From a virus, in the IMG/VR virus record IMGVR_UViG_3300031841_005424, positions 1 to 64,000 of that record: a DNA stretch of 64,000 nt. The stretch is one strand, 5' to 3'. Within the stretch, counting starts at the first letter, position 1, and each line of letters opens with the position of its first letter. Of the stretch, positions 61,585-64,000 are shown piece by piece. The notes under the pieces were generated by a model, which searched no databases, had not been told where the DNA came from, and saw only the letters and a list, made by a program, of their open reading frames with translations. Made by a program: the position numbers and the translations under genes.

Positions 61585-63345
61585 TTAGGCACCGGACTCA
61601 CCGAGGAGACCACGGACAACAACAAGGCCGTACATGTCAGGACGTACCATCTTCTTGGCATAGCGCGTCATGACGCCCTTGCGAGGTACGAAGTCCTCGG
61701 TGCCAAAGATGGTGGGAGTGACCTGCAACGGTACGTATGGAGCATAAACGAAGCCGCTCTCGAGGAACGAGCTACCCTTACGACCAACGAGGATAACGTT
61801 GCGCAAGAAGTAAGGATCAACATAAACGTCGAACTTCTTGCTTAAGCTACCGGCGCGGACTGCGCCGATTGTGCCACGGTCCTGATCAGCAGTAACGCTT
61901 GCGCGGAAACCGCTGGTGAACTCAAGGATGTTAGCAACCTCAGGCGAACAAACAACAAAGTTTGCACCACCGCGAAGTGTCTTTCTGTGGATCTGAGCGC
62001 TTACATCATTGATAGTCTCAATGAGTGTCTCATACCACTCGCTAACAGTACCAGTGAAGTCAGGAGCAAGTGCGCTTGCACCAATTTCATTGCCGTTGCT
62101 GTCAACGAAAAGACCTGGTGCACGGCTCCAGTAGCGAGTACCAGCAGTTGCACCGTTTACAAGCTCACCTAGAAGCTCGCGGTCGATTTCCAAAGCAATC
62201 TGCTCAGAAAGAATACCGGTAAGCTCAACCTCTGCGTCCAAGTTGTGATAGGCGTTAAGGTCCTGACCCAATTCTGGAGACCACTTTGCCTTCAACTTCT
62301 TGGTCTGAGCGGTAACAGCAATGCTATCGACCTTGATGTCGATTTCGGCGATAGTTGACTTAGGATCAGTTGCTGATCCTGCATTACCAGTTCCTGGTCT
62401 TGGTTCTTCAAGACCCCATGGATCGTTACCAACAACAGAACCAACAGCGCCTCCGGCTTCGAACTGATCCACGATTGGATGTGTAAAAGCTATGGTAGCA
62501 GCCGCTGCAGGTGTTGGTGCACCGCCAGTCTGATGGATAACCGCAAGCAAGTTGCCGGATGCATCCAGCTGCGTCAATCTTCTGATATGCTTACCAGCAG
62601 TCGTTGTTACAACGACGCCAGCAAGGTGACCTGAGTCGAGAGTCGAAGGGACCTCTGAAGCTGAAACGGCGAGTACAGAGATTTGATCTGTGTCGTTGCT
62701 TGCCAAAAGATCAGCGTCATAACGAATAGCCTTAAGCGCAGCCTTACGGAAGTCTGTGTCGCCGAGCTTGATATTTGCTATTGTAGAAGCCGACAAAGAA
62801 TAAACTCCGTTATCTACAAACTGGCTAGCCTGCATTGTGACGATGCCAGTAGCAGAACCAGAAGGAGCCGCAAAAGCATTACCAAGGTTGTAATGACCGC
62901 CGGCTCGGCCTTGGCTGTCAGCTGAAAGCTGAACACCACCAGTCAACTGACGACCGACGATGTTACCACCGTACACTGATAAGTCAGCCTCAGCACCAAG
63001 ACGGCTGTCCTGATGTGTAAAGTCAAGGAAGAAGATGAGGCCAGATGGCAAGCTCATCGGCTGTACCGAGACAAGATCGTTAGCAATCAATCCACCGAAA
63101 ACACGGCGAACGATTGGGAAAGCAACTGCTGCGAAGCCTTCGACATCGCCAGCTGCCATAGAAGAAGCCTCACGGAGAAGCTCCTTGGCCTGGTTCTCAA
63201 GCAGAACGGCCATGCCCTGCTTCTGCTGTCCGTCGTTAAGTCCCTCAAGAAGACCAGTCTGCTCCCACTTGTTGAGCAGAGCCTCACCTTCCTTGCGAAC
63301 GTCACGAGTGACAACACCTTCAGTTAGTTTTTGTAATACAGACAT
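61585..63345 (-). CDS. major capsid protein (gp23-like)
   Basis: KW...GLLEG, LLENQ, VSVQPM..PSGLIF, KLKAKWSPE..QDL.AYH..DAE.EL, YAPYVPL, GVMTRY. Confidence 0.97.
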   Translation of the reverse strand: MSVLQKLTEGVVTRDVRKEGEALLNKWEQTGLLEGLNDGQQKQGMAVLLENQAKELLREASSMAAGDVEGFAAVAFPIVRRVFGGLIANDLVSVQPMSLPSGLIFFLDFTHQDSRLGAEADLSVYGGNIVGRQLTGGVQLSADSQGRAGGHYNLGNAFAAPSGSATGIVTMQASQFVDNGVYSLSASTIANIKLGDTDFRKAALKAIRYDADLLASNDTDQISVLAVSASEVPSTLDSGHLAGVVVTTTAGKHIRRLTQLDASGNLLAVIHQTGGAPTPAAAATIAFTHPIVDQFEAGGAVGSVVGNDPWGLEEPRPGTGNAGSATDPKSTIAEIDIKVDSIAVTAQTKKLKAKWSPELGQDLNAYHNLDAEVELTGILSEQIALEIDRELLGELVNGATAGTRYWSRAPGLFVDSNGNEIGASALAPDFTGTVSEWYETLIETINDVSAQIHRKTLRGGANFVVCSPEVANILEFTSGFRASVTADQDRGTIGAVRAGSLSKKFDVYVDPYFLRNVILVGRKGSSFLESGFVYAPYVPLQVTPTIFGTEDFVPRKGVMTRYAKKMVRPDMYGLVVVRGLLGESGA

Positions 63346-63369
63346 TGTATTATACCTCCAAAAAATGTT

Positions 63370-64000
63370 TTATTTCGTTATACCTGCTAATCTTTGCAAT
63401 CTTTCGAATGCGGGGTTAGCATTCCCCTTTTTTTGCTCTTCACGAGCGCTTACAAGCAGCGTAGACCTTCTAGAAACGGCTTCACTGAGGCTATTGACCT
63501 TCTTCTCTGCAGGTGAAGAGGTGACAGTCTCAAGAAGTGTATCAAAGATTATCTTTGCTTCTTGTATAGTTTCGGCTTTCGAAATGGATTCAACAATTCT
63601 TTCTTTTTGTCGCTCATTCAGGGAGGCATTTTCCAAAGCCCGACTAATATACAACAGCTTTGCGTTGGAGATATTTGCTGATTCCAACTTTTCTTGCAAA
63701 GTCTCTAGTGTTGTAACATATTGTTTGTTCTGCGCCTCTAATTTAGTGGCTGCAGAAGCTAAAACCTTGTTTTCTTCTTGAAGACTTGCGACTGTTTTGC
63801 GCAATTCCTCATTTTCTTTTTTTGTTTCGCTATCTTGTTCTCTTGCAAGCAGCATAGACTCGTATTCTCTCATGATTGGCTCAGGAGTGCCGGCCCAACC
63901 AGACTTTTGGGGCTCAAAATCCACTCTAACTCTTTCCATGAGGTCATCTATATCAATTTCTTCATTATCCAGACCTAATTCACTTAGTGCTTCCGCTACC
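63370..64000 (-). CDS. prohead core scaffold protein (gp22-like), 5' end outside window
   Basis: coiled coil, NAKLLY, C-terminal RLQRLAGI; frame stays open to window edge; directly upstream of MCP. Confidence 0.8.
   Translation of the reverse strand, partial: VAEALSELGLDNEEIDIDDLMERVRVDFEPQKSGWAGTPEPIMREYESMLLAREQDSETKKENEELRKTVASLQEENKVLASAATKLEAQNKQYVTTLETLQEKLESANISNAKLLYISRALENASLNERQKERIVESISKAETIQEAKIIFDTLLETVTSSPAEKKVNSLSEAVSRRSTLLVSAREEQKKGNANPAFERLQRLAGITK

Noticed and set aside
1-64000. Plus-strand ORFs in the track (e.g. 16298..16681, 44348..44941, 53910..54566, 63035..63781)
   Set aside because: All are antisense to well-supported minus-strand genes, have no SD or family motifs, and show the Ser/Leu-rich composition of shadow frames.
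1-64000. Stop-codon reassignment / alternative genetic code
   Set aside because: Conserved genes (DnaE, GroEL, MCP, sheath) are full length in the standard code, and TAA, TAG and TGA all end genes.

Overview
This is a 64-kb piece of a large T4-like (contractile-tailed) phage genome. Essentially every real gene is on the minus strand and reads in the standard code; the plus-strand ORFs are antisense shadows. Reading in the direction of transcription (right to left): (i) 64000-41500 is the virion module: scaffold, major capsid, gp13/14/15-like neck and terminator, a 1209-aa repetitive fibre, sheath, tube, tail chaperone, tape measure and baseplate. (ii) 41500-22000 is replication and nucleotide metabolism: a miniature family-A polymerase, a degenerate tubulin/FtsZ-like protein, gp32 SSB, RecA/UvsX, 5'-3' exonuclease, DnaB-like helicase, RNR, ThyX, DnaE, dUTPase and IMPDH. 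A myxobacterial-type Cys-rich/VWA lipoprotein is inserted here. (iii) 22000-11300 holds a stand-alone sigma region 4, ClpP, GroEL, glutaredoxin and probable internal head proteins. (iv) 11300-1 is an early/accessory region driven by near-consensus sigma70 promoters. It contains thymidine kinase, a MunI/EcoRI-type REase plus Dam-family MTase, a KOW-Smr protein, tRNA-Lys(UUU), tRNA-Leu(UAA), Hsp20 with a ROSE-like leader, a TraR/DksA zinc finger and many KOW/SH3-like microproteins. The most notable observations are: a cassette-like array of MKVGDL microgenes joined by a conserved 24-nt SD/start/stop junction; a promoter- and terminator-bounded structured RNA next to that array; a MutS2-like KOW-Smr protein; a mini-PolA alongside DnaE; and a candidate +1/-2 tail-chaperone frameshift. 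Several genes suggest a Myxococcota-like host (inference). All family calls come from motif recognition by eye, not from database searches.
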